The notes under the pieces: model-generated
Told to the model about the DNA's origin: nothing
The model's database searches: none
What the model saw: only the letters and a program-made list of their open reading frames with translations
Shown here: one piece after another, positions 15,570 through 36,013 of the stretch
Layout: every line of letters begins with the position of its first letter
Numbering within the stretch: position 1 is the first letter of the stretch
Origin: the human T2T-CHM13v2.0 reference genome, Homo sapiens
Direction: 5' to 3' (one strand)
Length of the DNA stretch: 64,000 nt
NCBI RefSeq assembly: GCF_009914755.1
Contig: NC_060933.1
Translations under genes and position numbers: made by a program

Positions 15570-15770
15570 CAGGGCTTCTCAAATTTTAATGTGCATATAA
15601 ATCACTTGGAAATCTTGTTAAACTACTGATTCTGATTTAGGGATTTTTAATACAAATCTTGATTCTGACTCAGAAGATCTGCAGTGGGGATCAAGATTCT
15701 GCATTTCTAAAAAGCTCCCAGATGCTGCTGATGCTGCTGGGTCCATGGACCACAACTCGAGTAGCAAGGA
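15570..15770. mobile_element. MER5A-like DNA transposon
   Basis: ttctcaaattttaatgtgcatataaatcacttgg...gctgctgggtccatggaccacaac. Confidence 0.65.
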
Positions 15771-16547
15771 TGTGTTTGACTGAATTTTAAAATGCATAAG
15801 AAATCTCAATATTTGGCTGAGTTTATCTGGAAATGTCTAGATTAAGTTTTGCCATAGCAGGCAGAAATGGAGACTTGAGATAGAAATTAAGTTCAGTTTT
15901 AGAAAAATTTAAAAATCAAATTTTTATGTACTGATTTTATGACTTGAGACATCTAGGCATATAGTGATCACTATTATCCTTCAGTGTCCAGTTCAAATAT
16001 ATCCTCCTCCTGAAGTCTTTCCGGATATTTCTCTGGTTGGAATTAACTATTTATTATTGAGAACCCATATCTCATGTTTCTTTAAAAGCTCATTTTTCCA
16101 TGAATCACAAATATTTACTACAAATGTAGAGATGTGACTGTCTCTTCTTTTTCCCCAAGCATAGTGACTCATAGAAAGTACTTAATAATTGCTTCTTGAT
16201 GAAAATGCTGATTTTAAAATAGACTGCCTGTAGAATAAGAATAGTATCTCAAAAGTTAAGTGCATCATGAAATCAAGCAGCTAGCCCAAAAGTATTTGAA
16301 AAGACAAAATGAAAACAATGATTGCTGGCTGGGAACTTCTCTAAGCAACAGAAGGAAATGTTCTCACTGTTTGGGAGACAAGGATAATTCAGCAGAAACA
16401 AGTCCAGACTTCTTTAGGTAATTAAGTATTTAACCTTTAAGATTGTTAAAAGACTTTTTCTTTACTAAATCTGAAATTAGTAAAATTACAGTAAAGACTG
16501 TAAAGCTAATAGTAGTTGTCATGTACAAACTTTAAAAAATATTATCA

Positions 16548-16836
16548 GCCAGGTGCGGTGGCTCACGCCTGTAATCCCAGCACTTTGGGAGGCTGAGGTG
16601 GGAGGATCACGAGGTCAGGAGTTCAAGACCAGCCTTGCCAACTTGGTGAAACCCCGTCTCTACTGAAAATACAAAAAATTAGACGGGCATGGCAGCAGGT
16701 GCCTGTAATCCCAGCTACTCAGGAGGCTGAGGCAGAGAATTGCCTCAACCCAGGAGGCAGAGGTTGCAGTGAGCCAAGATTGCGTCACTGCACTCCGGCC
16801 TGGGTGAAAGAGTGAGACAGCATCTTAAAAAAAAAA
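16548..16836 (+). mobile_element. AluS (Sg-like) followed by (TA)n
   Basis: Sense Alu; (TA)n 16838-16860. Confidence 0.95.
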
Positions 16837-16864
16837 TTATATATATATATATATATATATGTAA

Positions 16865-17255
<391 letters not shown>

Positions 17256-17979
17256 GGTAATGGTATTTTCAAAAATTAGGTACTGTAGAATTGTTTCATA
17301 CCTGGAAGTTAGGTTCCAATATTAAAAAATATTGAATTTAGTAAAAATTATTCTTAAAAAATCTGTTGACACCAATAAAATATATGTATAAAAATATATA
17401 TTTGCAATCTGTTTTCTTTTTTGTCAATATGTGTATTTAAATTTTTTTAATTTAAATCCATGCAGTATGCTAGACCTCCACTCTGGAGAAGTGGGAAAAT
17501 GCAAATGTTAAAAATATATTTCATTAATATCTATTTATAATTTTTTCTGGTTTTGTTCAATTAGCAGATAACTGTTACTTATTTGACAAATAAATCTAGC
17601 ATACAAACAAAGAAGAAAAGCTCTTAGGAGTTAGAAAAACACACTCCTCTATTCCCCCAAATTAAGATCACTTTTACTGGGGCATGAAAGTAGGTATATC
17701 TCCAAGGATCTTAGTCTATAGCAATAATATTTGCACAAATACATGCCCCCACTTAGAAGGGAGGAATAAAAGACCTTGCAAAATGATCATTAAAAAGCTG
17801 GAAACTGTTTTTTGACCATGAAATCCTGCCATCATGACCACATTCCTTATATAAAGATGAAATATGAATTTAATGACTTAATAGACTCACCAAAGTCAAG
17901 AATAAAATTTCATTTTGCCTTCAAGATTTCATACTATCCACCGCAAGCATCTGAAGTGTTGCTCAGTCTGCAGTCATTA

Positions 17980-18372
<393 letters not shown>

Positions 18373-19585
18373 TCACTTAAGAATTCCCTAGTCAAAAACC
18401 AGTACCTGTTTTGGTTGGGCTCCGGCTCTGATATGCTGCTGGTGTGTGCTGGTTTGGCATCCATCTGGTCATTCTGGCATCTGCTGTATTCATAGTTGAA
18501 CAACTTTAAAATCACCCTGCTCAGATCCTCACTAAATTCCCCTCTCTCAGACTTAGGAATATGAACTCTTGATCTCCAAGGAGGGCCTCCTTAAAGTCAG
18601 ATTGTTATAGGTTGTTTCTGCTTTATGAATAAATAATCATCCCCCCCTGGATAAGGAATCTGTACCAGGTTAGTATAGATATGCCACTGATGGAAAACAA
18701 AGTGTGTTTACCTCAGAAGCTACTTTTAAACAAGACAGGATGGTTATTCCATAGACAGTTGGCAAGTAAAGTTATCAAGTCTCAGATTCAATAAAGCTCT
18801 TATTTTGATTGAGTTCTAGATGGTATTAAGTACTTATACAAATTTAAAATATCAGGTCTGAAAGACTTCCAGGAAGAAAAGAAATGGAAAAAAAAAAAAA
18901 AGCAAAGAAACAAATGAAGTCAAAACTGTTACTGCTTTATATGAGCTCTTTAAGAAAAACTTTTCAGGGTGGTAGAAATAAAATTATGGACTTCATGAAA
19001 GAGCCAAGCAGTACATTTTGCTCTATAATTTGCACATATGCTTTAAAATACATTAAAAAGATCAGTCTTTAGAGAACTAAATTTTGCAATGGTTTTTTAC
19101 TTTGGAAAATATCCTTTTTCTGTTCTAAGTGAAAATCAATTACTCAATTGAGTTATGAGACTTTTGCTTAAAGATAAATGCTATTTTTACCAAATAAAAA
19201 TGTAATTTTGGTTTATTAAGGTATTGCTCGGTATCCCTACTAATCAGTTATAAGATCATGACCAAAGAAATGCAAATTAGCATACTTGACACTAGACCAA
19301 TGATTAGTAGTTGTGAGAAGTCTTCAAGAACTTTTCTTTACTAAGACCTTTTGCTAAGATTTACAGAGTTTTAATACTAGACCATAAAATTAATTTGAAG
19401 AATTCTATTTTAAGAATTAGTTAAGTTTACTTAAGTTTATTTTATGAATGGGGTTAAAAGATGGCTAAATGTCTTCTGATTTTTACCATAGTGCAAAAAT
19501 TAAATGCAGACATGACATTGTACTTTAACGTTTGAATTTGTTTTTTTGCAAGAAGTTCAGTAATTGTAACTGCCAACATTTGTTA

Positions 19586-20293
19586 CATGGTCATGCATCA
19601 CTTAATGAAGGAGACACTTTCTAAAAAATGCATTGTCAGGCAATTTCATCATAGTGTGTCATTATCATAGAGTGTAATTACACAAACCATGATGGTATAG
19701 CCTACTACACAACTAAGCTATATGGTGCATTAGTTTGTTCTCACACTGTTAATACAGACATAACAGAGACTGGGTAATTTATAAAGAAAAAGGTTTAACA
19801 AACTCACAGTTCCACATGGCTGAAAAGACCTCACAGTTATGGTAAAAGGTGAAGGAGGAGCAAAGGTATGTCTTACATGGCAGCAGGCAAGAGAACATGT
19901 GCACAGGAACTACCCTTTATAAAGCTCTCAGATCTCGTGAGACTTATTCACTATTATGAGAACAGCATGGGAAAAACCCACCCCCATGATTCAAATTACC
20001 TCCCATTGAGTCCCTCACACAACACATGGGAATTATGGGAGCTACAATTCAAGATGAGATTTGGGTGGGGACATAGCCAAACCATATCCTATGGTATACC
20101 CTATTGCTCCTAGGCTACAAATCTGTCAACAGGTTACTGTACTGAATACTGTAGGAGTTGCAGTACAGTGATAAGTACTTATGTATCTAAACATATCTAA
20201 ATATAGCAAATGAATAGTAAACATGAGTATTATAGTCTTGTGGGACCACAGTTGTACATGCGGTCTGTCATTGACTGAAACATCATTATGTGA
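19586..20293. mobile_element. Tigger3a/MER7-like DNA transposon interrupted by THE1
   Basis: gtcatgcatcacttaatga...ctattgctcctaggctacaa...gactgaaacatcattatgtg. Confidence 0.75.
19726..20089 (-). mobile_element. THE1 MaLR solo LTR
   Basis: tgcattagtttgttctcac...gccaaaccatatc; TSD tatgg on both sides. Confidence 0.9.
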
Positions 20294-20294
20294 C

Positions 20295-20548
20295 TTTTTT
20301 TTTTTTTTTTTGAGATGGAGTCTCGCTCTGTCACCCAGACTGGAGTGCGGTGGCCTGATTTCGGCTCACTGCAAGCTCTGCCTCCCGGGTTCACACCATT
20401 CTCCTGCCTCAGCCTCCTGAATAGCTGGGACTACAGGCATATGCCACCACGCCTGGCTAATTTTTTGTGTTTTTAGTAGAGACAGGGTTTCATCGTGTTA
20501 GCCAGGATGGTCTCGATCTCCTGACCTTGTGATCCGCCCACCTCGGCC
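20295..20548 (-). mobile_element. AluY-like, 5'-truncated
   Basis: Antisense Alu ending at cctcggcc. Confidence 0.9.
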
Positions 20549-20744
20549 TTACACTATTATTTTAAAGTATGTAAAAGTAAATATGAATTCAGTAAACTGA
20601 ATTCTTAAACTATTATTGTTATAAAATTGGCTTTTGCAAATTTCAAGCACTACTGAAGATTATGTGGACCTACAGAGATTCTCCAGGATCAACACCACAA
20701 TCCTGGTGATGCTTTTGGGTGTTTTATTTTTCTGATAAATTCTT

Positions 20745-22409
<1,665 letters not shown>

Positions 22410-23005
22410 TAAAAAAAATTCTACTGGAGCATTTTACCTCTGCTATAGCTGTTATAAAATGCTGTTACTCTGTTGTTAATAATCCAGCCGTGGTTATGGC
22501 TATTTCTTGTTCTTAGACATCTTTGCTGTTCTTTGCTGTATCCTCTGGAGCTACCTGGCAATGCCAAGGTGTGCTCCTCACCTTGCTCATGTAACCCAAG
22601 GAGCATGCTAGAAATAATCAGATATTACTGGGATGCTTCCATCCCTAGTTCTTTTTCTGGAATTCTCTAGTCTTGTCAAAGCTGCTCTGCTTGTCTGTGA
22701 ACTGAGACCAGATGCTGGGCAACCTCATGTACTGACAACCTATTTTTTGCCAGAAACTGATTAAATTTCTGTTTCATCTGGAAATAAGTTCTTTCTTGGG
22801 ATCTTTTACACAATGCAGAGATTGAGTAAGATTGTTAATTCTCTCTTCTATTAATAAAGAGTAAAATGTGTGTGTCAGCAATCCAGTACCCTGATATTTG
22901 CTTGATACCACAGCATTCTACCTGAATTTAATTCACAATTGTAAGATGATCAAGGTTCTCTGTCAAGGAAAGAGTAAAGTTGACCTTCTCTAAAAGATGG
23001 GGCCA

Positions 23006-23314
<309 letters not shown>

Positions 23315-24906
23315 TCATGGGGCCAGAACTGGTAACCATGACTATTTACATGAGTTGGTAGCCTGTGAATACAATAACAATGCAATTTTTATTGTTATAT
23401 CAATGAGCAAATGTTATAAATATCTCTCATTTCTATATCTGCTTTTATACTCCATTCATCACTGTGTGAGGAACGTCTCTGATGCCTTGTCTTGCACCTG
23501 GGATGACAGGTGTGATAGCCGGGCAAAAGAAGGCAAACATCTAGCTAAATATTGATTTGGGTACAGCAGAGTTCTAATTTTGCATAATTGATGCTTGTCT
23601 GCTTCATCCTGTTGAGAAAAAACGGTGTTCCTGAATTGTTGTGATATATCAATGGTGATACCTGGCCTAGGCTGTGCTAAAAATATAACCCTTGCAAAGT
23701 AGATTTCTCTTTTGTTCTTGGGATGAAACTTGCAGCTTTATTACAGCTCATAAGAGCACCTATTCTACTTGTGGAAACTATGCTTGCCCATGTTTACCAT
23801 GTGTTTGGTCCATTTCTTGCATTATAGGTAGGGTGAGTCTAGTTTGAGTTTGCACAGTACTGTTTGCTCTTGTGAAATTTCAGTTTGTACCTTATATCTC
23901 AGTATAGTATAAATATTAATAGTACCTTATGCTTTCAGAAGTATCCCAGTTTGGATGAGAAATTATATGTTCATCTTATGCATGTATGTTATAGTACCTC
24001 CAACACAAGTCATCTCCCAACTCTCCATATTGAAAAGGTTCACAGCTTCCATGACATAAATGAAACACTACAGTTTGGAAGAATAGAATAGTAAGTTTTC
24101 ATCAAATGGAGTTTTACATTCTATTCAAGGATTAAGGACCGCGCTGGCCTTTTTGGAACAATCTGGCAATGCCTCAGCTACATCTCTAAAATCTGCTCAG
24201 TACTGACACAGTGGCCACTAGGGCCATGGTCCTTTGGAACTTCTTGACTCTAGATTTCACCTTAATCAATAGAAGAGTAGTGTGTGCTCTTACTGGCAAT
24301 GAATATGCTATCGATATTCTTGTCAATGAGAACTTGTCTAGGATTTGCATATTCCCATTCAAATAGAAACTACCACATTTCAGCAGTCGGAGAGAAGGAA
24401 CTGAGTTGCATGGGCTGGTAGCCTTTCAGAAAACTGTGTAAGGCATATTAGCAATATTGTGGACTATGATAAGCCTGTATATAGTGGTAATACTGATAAA
24501 ATGTTGTATATATTGTCTTAAAGGAATGCATCAAAAATTTTCTTGTGTAAGTGTTGAAACTGTACATTATGTATTTAAGAGAAAGCAAATTTGAGGCTCA
24601 AGTAATAAGAGATCATATGCAGATTTAGGTCTTATAACAACAAAGATGGAAGACTAGAGAAAAAAAATGCTATAACTTCTTGATTTCACTGTTAGTAGGT
24701 AATATCCTTAAGTGTTTTCTCCATAACTGCAAATAAATTCGATCTCCACAGGCTGCTTTTTATAAAAAATGCTAATTAATTTGTGTCCTTGTAATTAACT
24801 AAGGATCTATCTAAAAACAAATAAAGGTGATGTACCATCTCCCCCACAGCAACAGAAGGATTTTGCTTTGTGTCATAAATCAAGTTCAAAGAATATTCTT
24901 TGGTAA

Positions 24907-25223
<317 letters not shown>

Positions 25224-27263
25224 ATTAAATTGCAAACTTTCACAAGAATTACCCGTCTTGTTCTCTTTGTGAGACAGAGATTCATGTGAATTTGAGTTAA
25301 TGTTATCTATGCTTTGTCGTCTATTAATGTAAAGTTTTCCAGGAAGTATTATTTGACTAGAGTCATTGTGAAACACGTACTAGAAATTATTATTAAATCC
25401 TTTGAAAATAACCTCCACCATAATCTGTACTTTTGATTACTTTTCTTACTGGATACATTTTCTTATTTGATAAATTGTACTTCTGGGCATAATGTTGAGT
25501 TGAAGCTGCAATGTGGTAGCTTCTTTTAGGATCATCTCTATATTTCTAAAGTTTAAAAATATTTATCATATTTCTTTATCAGTACAGAAAAGAATTATTG
25601 CCAACTTGACTCTGCTGGCACATAATTTGACAACGTGTTCTTCATTTAATTTAGATTTTAGCAAAATCTAGAAGATAGGAATCCTGGCAATTGGGGTTAC
25701 TTACCTTTAGGACATTTTCCAGCTAAATGGAGGAGTGGTTCTTTTGACAGCTGTAATGTAAAAGGGGTACGAAAGTTGGAGTCCAGGTCCCACTAAGGGA
25801 AATGTCCTATTAGCACAACCCCCCACACCCGATACACACTTTTATCTAAATGATAGTACCCCAACTGTAGGGAGAACTAAAAGAAAAGCAGCCCCTCCTC
25901 AGACTGCAGCCCAGCTTCCAGTGATCTCGAAGTCTAGTCTCTGAAATCAGATTGAGGTCGCTCAAGACGACAGTGCTAATGGGGACCTGATCAAAACACA
26001 TGAAAATATTTTCTGGGGAGAGGTATCTCCTAGGGCTCAAATTATGTGAACAATCTTTCAAATAAAATGTCCAACACACACTCATATGTACCCAGGCACA
26101 TGAGGTGACAAGACAACATGAAGACTGAAAGAAACCATAAGCAATAGACCTAGATCTGTAGGGATTCTGGATATTGGAACTAACAGATCTAGATATTAAA
26201 ATAACTATGCTTACTATAGCCAAGTAAGCAAACCTAAGATAGAAAATACAGTTGAAAACTGCACAGAAATAACATAGACAATTTAAAAAAAGAAGTACCC
26301 AGAAATATTCGAACTTTAAAAACTATAACTGAAACCAAGAATTTAGTAGGTAGGTTTGACATCAGATTTAAAGGAGAATTACTATAAGAGCGGACAGAAA
26401 AAAACCCAGAATGAAGCCTGGAGAGACAAACAGATAAAAATTACATAAGAGAGAATAATAAACCCAGAGGATGTGGTGAAGGAAAAAAACTAACATGCAT
26501 TTTACAGGAGTTCCAGAAAAAAAAAGGAAAGAGGAAGTGGGTCAGAATAAGTATTTGAGGAGCTCATAGCCCAGATCCTCTAAAAAGCAGAGCCTGAGGC
26601 AAAAGCTTACATGTATACTTTACTGGTAAGTGTATTCCTACAAGTGCACGAGTGGGGCAAAATTGATGTGAGATAGAGAAGGATGTAGTACAGATGTAGC
26701 GTGTGTTACACTAACGTGGGCATACACCCATTGTAAAGTCTATTACCTCGTCTCGCAACCCATCATCAGAAAAGGTATGAGCAACTGTTACTTCAACAAT
26801 CTGGTTCTGAGGAGGAAGGGAGAGAAAACTGTCCAGGAGTTTTCCCCTCCCATTGGGTAGAACCCACTATATGGCGTGATACCTCCCACACTTCAAGATT
26901 GTGTACACGTGAGCGCTGAGTGGGTACCATGGTATGTATCTCATGCCTCAGCCCACCGGGAAAGCCCCAGGGCAGGACATGAAAGCACATAGCAAGTGTG
27001 TGAGATAAGCCGCTGGCAGTTTGTGCTCAAGTGTGACAAGGATCAGGGAACAGCCACCACAGAGGGCAGATATGAATTTGTGTCAATAAGGTTAGCGCAT
27101 GGATCTGGGGTAACACAGAAGTAAATCTTGTACAGACATCAGTCCAACCAATTCCAGAAGCCCTACAAGCCCAAAGCAGGACAGGAAAAGGTTTTCACCT
27201 AGGCACATTGGAGTAAAAAGGCTGAAAATCCAAGGAAGACAGAAACTCTTAAAAAGCAGCCAG

Positions 27264-28683
<1,420 letters not shown>

Positions 28684-29645
28684 AAAAATGTCAGCCAGAG
28701 GAAAAAAAGACAGATCATCTTAAAAGGAACAACAACTGAAATGATAGCTTACTTCTCAGTAGAAGCAATGGAAGCCAGAAGACAATAACATGGCATTTTC
28801 AATGTCCTGAAGGAAAATAACTGCCATAGTGACTTAGCAAGCATCTATAAATAGTGAAAATACTCTTTAGAAATGACGTAGAAATAAGGATTTCAAGAAA
28901 AAAATAGAGTGAGAATTCATCCCCAGCAAGCCCATACTACAAGTATTAAAAGGTGTTCAGCTAAAAGGAAAATGAACCCACGCAGAAGGTCAGAAATAGA
29001 GGAAGAAAGACGAAGCAATAAAATAATAATTATGCTAGGGTCTTCGTTCATTTGTGCTGGTATAACAGAATATTTCCGACTGGGTAATTTATAAAGAACA
29101 GAAATTTATTTCCTCATGCTTGTGGAGGCTGAGAATTTCAAGATCAAGGGGCTGAGAGGCTTCTTGCTGCGCCCTCACATGGCAGAAGACGGAAGGGCAA
29201 GAGAGAGTGAACCTACTCCCACAAACCCATTAATCCATTCACCTACTTCTTCCCCAAAAGCCCCACCTCCCAATACTGTTGAATTGAGACTTGAGTTTTC
29301 AACACAAATTATCAGGGACACCTTAGAGCATAGCAACTAGTAACTCTAAATAAATAGTTAACTATATAAAACAAAAATAATGTATTGTGCAGTTTAAAAT
29401 ATTTATAGATACAAGACCACAACAGTATATAATTTGGGAGGGAGGTATATGGAGTTACAGGGCTTAAAAGCCTCCTACTGGAAAAGGGTAAAAATACCAG
29501 TTGACATTAGACTTTGTCAAGTCTAACGCTTGCTAAAAATCTGCATGCTATAGTCTCTAAGGCAACGACCAAAGGAAGAGTAAAAGCTGTATAATGTCCT
29601 AGCAAATAGAGATTAAAAGTAGAATTGTTAAAAATATCAATTATC

Positions 29646-29900
29646 GGCTGGGCATAGTGGTTCACACCTGTAATCCCAGCACTTTGGGAGGCCGAGACAG
29701 GCAGTTCACTTGAGGCCAGGAGTTCGAGACCAGCCTGGCCAACATGGTGAAATCCTGTCTCTACTAAAAATACAAAAATTAGCCTGGTATGATGGCAGGT
29801 GCCTGTAGTCCCAGCTGCTTCGGAGGCTGAGGCAGGAATCACTTGATCGCACCACCACACTCTAGCCTGGCCAGCAAAGCAAGACTCTGCCAAAAAATAA
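29646..29900 (+). mobile_element. AluS with an internal deletion in the right arm
   Basis: aggaatcacttg joined directly to atcgcacc. Confidence 0.9.
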
Positions 29901-30239
29901 AAAATAAAGGAAAGAAAAGAAAAAAGATCAATATAAAAGAGACAAGAATGGAGAGAAAAAGGAGCATAGAACAGGCAGAACAAGTGTACATCACATAATA
30001 ATTTGGTAGATTTAAAACCAAATATATCAATAGTTATAGCAAATGTAAAGCAACTAAATGCTACAATTAAAACACAAAGAATGAGAGGCTAGTTTAAAAA
30101 AATAAACCCCATGGAAAGAAAGTTTAGATTTCATCTCCTCCAAGTTATCTATAAAACAAAATATCTATAGCCCCTCAGATTTGGTTTGAATTTATAAACC
30201 ATAGCAATCTCACTTATCACCAGATCCTAATTCAGAAAA

Positions 30240-30360
30240 TTTTGTTTAGATAGGGTCTCACTATGTTGCCCAGGCTAGACTCAAATTCCTGGGCTCAATG
30301 AATCCTCTCACCTCAGCCTCCCAAGAAGTTGACTACAGGCATATGCCACTGCACCTGGCT
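30240..30360 (-). mobile_element. FLAM/Alu monomer
   Basis: agggtctcactatgttgcccaggct...gcacctggct. Confidence 0.8.
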
Positions 30361-31008
30361 TCAGGTAATTCTTTTCTTTTCTTTTTTTTTCAGGTAATTC
30401 TCTTCTTTTCCTTTGTCTTCAAATGTTAAAGAATCCCTTCATTATTGAGCCAAAAAAATTGTCTTAGACCTACTTTATTGAGACATAGACAATATCTCTC
30501 TCTCATTTCATATGACAGTCCATCAGATATAGGAATATGGATACCAATTTTTCTATTTATATATCCCTAGTTTAAAAAAATAATTTTTACATAATCTTCA
30601 CCATATTTTTATATCATTTATGAAAACAGCTCCTTGTACAGTTGGCTCATTGATCCAGCTTGTTAAGTTATTTTCAGACTTTGCTTCAGTAAGCCATCAT
30701 ATTGTCACTTTCTTCCATTTCGTATCATAGGGAAATGATACAAAAAGCATGCTTTCTATATTTTCATCTTATTCATTGATAAAAACGTTGAATAGAACAT
30801 ATCTGATGACTGTGCTTCAGAGCAGGCTTTGGAGAACTTTTTCTAAATTGACCGTGATCCATGAATCAACATTCTGCAGGTATGCAGTTTTAAACATTAA
30901 TAAATTTGCCTGTGTAGCCAGTTCACATTTCTCCAACTTGTCCATGAAAGGCCTTGAGACGTCTTGAGTTGGCATAAGAGTCCTTGTTAGATGCCTTGCT
31001 TAAATTCA

Positions 31009-31412
<404 letters not shown>

Positions 31413-31501
31413 CTATAAATAATATACAAGTCTGCAGACTTAGGTTAGAAAAAGTATGATAATCCAGTGCCTCATGCATCTATGGGCACTGAAGCTGCTA
31501 A

Positions 31502-31815
<314 letters not shown>

Positions 31816-32944
31816 TTAAAGAAAATGCCACAATGGAACACACTGGACCTTTGAACCCCTGGAGAAACTCAATGGGTTCCAAAGCATGAATAAGTAAAAC
31901 TGGTAATAGCCTTTAGAAACTCCAGGGGCCATAGTCAAGGTAGACTGTACTCGAAAAGTTACAAACTGGTTCATCTGAGGCTCAGAGGGCACTGGTCTCA
32001 GAGAATTTAGATAAAGATGCTCCCTGAACCAGAACTCTGATGTCCTTCTTAGTAAATTGGAATCATGACAGTGGACTTCTTTCCTAGTGGAGCTGCATGA
32101 GTTAGGATACTTTCTGCTGTATGTAACAAAAACTGACTCAAACTGGCTTAGACAATAAAGAAGTTCATTATTTCAATAAATCAAACTCCAAGAGGCAGAG
32201 CAGGCTTCAGGCTTGGTGGATTCAGTAGCACAATTCTGCCATTGGCAACCCAGGAATATTTTTCATGATTCCAATTTGGGAGAGAAATAGGATTACTAAA
32301 ATTGATTTAGACTGTTTTCTGGGGATGAATGGATGTTGGTGAGTCAACGACCAACAGAAGAGTTTTTGAATGTTGAATGTAGAATAGCACTCCTAGTTCT
32401 AAGCCAGGTTTTCTTTCCTGACTTTTAGGGTAGTGTCAACCCTAAGGGCGATAAGATTAAAGGCAAGGATATAAATTGGCCGACCTAAGAATACACCCAA
32501 AGGCATGTAGCTTTACCCCTAGGAACATACCTCTATACAGTCCTATGATCTTCTCCAACACAGTAGTAACACAGTTCTTGAATTCTAAACAGAGGCCTGG
32601 GATGCAGGTGGGGAAACCTTTGTTCCATGGATGCAATGTGTATAGAAACCTTTCTTTTCTTCTGGAAGTTTAAGGCAGAAAATCAAGATGGGAAAGACAC
32701 CCAGGTACCTTTCCAGTTGGAAATCAGCCTAGACTAATTTTAACAAATGGTAAAACATAAACTGAATGATTTTATTGGCTGTTCAATAATGGATTTAGTG
32801 AAGAGAAGCTGGAACTAATGAATAAACTAAGGAATGGGATATTGTTTTCATTAACTTATGCTACCTCTACCTTTGATCAGGAAGGTATAAGAGCTAGCTA
32901 TGTACTATAAGCTATAATATTTTTCTTTATTCCTTAATGATTGA

Positions 32945-33267
<323 letters not shown>

Positions 33268-33884
33268 CAGGGGAATATTTTTGACAGCTCAATTTGTCAT
33301 ATATACTAAATTTACAATGCATGCTAAAAAGAGAAACTATTAACTACCAAACATGAAACTGATTTTTCCCATAGAATGATTTCGATGTTCTTAGATATGT
33401 ATGTTTGTCTTAGTCATATGTGTTGCTCTTTCAAAGATGAGCATTGAAAAGAGAATTCCATTTCTAGAGTAAGATGAATGTGTAACTTCTATTGACTTCA
33501 AGGATTACAATTGCCTCCAGTTGAAGCAATTTTCATTCAAGCCACATATTTTCTGTCTAGTCTCCCTACCTTTGGATAGCATATAAATTTCTAAGAAATA
33601 GACAGGGAGAATGATGGATTTGCATGCAAATGTTGGCATTTATTCCAAATTTAGCTATCCCATGCAAGGACACTGTCTGAAGAGCTGATGAAACATATTT
33701 GAATAATGAAATCTTGGGTTAGAGAAGGCCACATATCTGATGTTTGCATTGCATTCTGTAAATAATTACAAGTTAATATTGTGCAAATTAACATTTTAAA
33801 GCAAATATTTCAATGAAACTTTCAGACTCGCTCGGCCTCCTATGTATTAATTTAGCTGACTATCCCTTAGAGACTATAATTTAT

Positions 33885-34230
33885 TAATTTGTTCAAAAAA
33901 TTTGATATGCGCCAGGTGCACTGCTTTAGGCATTGCGGGTACGGTAGTGAACAAGATGGGCACAGTCCTAGTCTTTGTGGACATTACATTCTTGGACATA
34001 ACATTCAGGAAATAACCAATCAATTGAATGAACAAGATAATTTCCAATAGTGATAAGGCAGTGGGACAGGGTGATATAATAGACAGTGAGGTAGGAGTGC
34101 AATATGAGCTGGTCAAAGAAAGTCTTTGAGGAGGTGATATTTGAGCAGAAACTGAAATAATGCAAGGGAGGCAGACATGTGCACAAAAATCTTTATTTAC
34201 TCCGAGAGAAATAATATATGCAAAAGAACT
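33885..34230 (-). mobile_element. L2 LINE 3' fragment
   Basis: gccaggtgcactgctttaggcattg...gtgaacaaga...gaggaggtgatatttgagcaga. Confidence 0.65.
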
Positions 34231-34826
34231 CTGCAGCACTGGCACAATGCCTTCTTCCTTATAGCTGGTTGGTGCTCCAAAACTTGCTTAGTTGAAAAAC
34301 TGTCACATTTACAATAAAATACTTAGGCCTGTAGAAATTAATTTGTCATGGAAAAATATGGACAAATTTAGCACCTGCTCCAGGATGCTATAGTCTGACA
34401 TCTTTATTGAGGGTCACTGAGGATTTAAGGAAGAAGAAGGAATTGCTAACTTCTATTTCCTATTTTACTAGTCAATTTTAATTACTATAACCTCATCAGA
34501 TGCTTTGTGCAAATGTGAGTGTCTTTGCCTGCTTTCTCGTTTGATTTTAAGTTGGGATACAAGTTACTTAACAATAACAAGAGTTGGCAGTAGCTGATCT
34601 TTTCCAGGTCTCAGACACACATCCATTTGCAAAACATTTCCATTTGTTCCCACTGTATGTGTGAACTTGGCATAGTCAAAAACAGAAGTACACATGCTAT
34701 TGTCCAAAATATTTTCTGAATATTCATTATTTACCAGAAGCATTTTCTGAATACTTGTTATTTAACTCCTGAAGTAACAAGGTTGTGAAGAGAAGCAAAA
34801 TTGATTTAAAAAAAGAGAGAGTGACA

Positions 34827-35219
<393 letters not shown>

Positions 35220-36013
35220 TTAAGACATGAGAGGAGCTTCAAAAAGGAGCTAACTATCAAAGGATTAAGATAGGCCTCTTGAGAAATCTGATAACGTCTT
35301 TAAGTATTTTTGCAAAAATACTTGTGCTGCAAATGTCAGTTATGAAGAACGGCATCTCCTACTATCCTGCAAAAATCAGTACTTGTTTTAGTTTTTATGT
35401 ATTCTGTGATCTGATGCTTAGTTGAAATTATAACCTCAATTTTATCCAACTAAGGTAAAGTTTTTACATTCCTTAATTTTAAGATTCAAGATAAACTTCC
35501 AATTGAAAGGTTTTTTTCACTATTTCTATGAAAGTTTTGTTCCCATTCCAACTTGTCCCACTTCTAAAAGTAGACGGTGCATTTGCATACTTAAAGAATA
35601 ATAATACCAACTCTGATTTAGGCCTATTGCTCTGTATAACATGCTGGCATTCATTAACCAAGCCAGAAAAATGTCACGATAATGCATCAAGATGGAAATT
35701 ATGATTAAACCACAGCTAGCTTTTCTTTCTCCTTCAAGGAACTCTCTGGATGAATAGCTGCTTTTCTTTTCTCTTTTTAGAGATAGGGTCTCATTATGAC
35801 GCCCAGACTGACTCCTGGGCTCAAGGGATTCTCCCACCTCAACCTCCAGAGTTGCTGGGACTACAGGTACACAACACCACACAGGCTTATGGCAGCTTTT
35901 CTATGCCCTAAAGCTCTAAAGCCTAGGCTTTTTCCTTCAATGACCCTATACTCCAAAAGAACATGGAATGGAAGACACTGGAACTGCTGGTTGTTCCAAA
36001 GCAACAAGCTTGC

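Noticed and set aside
23459-23665. Minus-strand frame beginning PGITIDIS resembling EEF1A GITIDIS
   Set aside because: Similarity limited to 7 residues; flanks unrelated; likely chance
34710-34773. Imperfect ~31-bp tandem duplication (attttctgaata...)
   Set aside because: Two diverged copies only; ordinary slippage product
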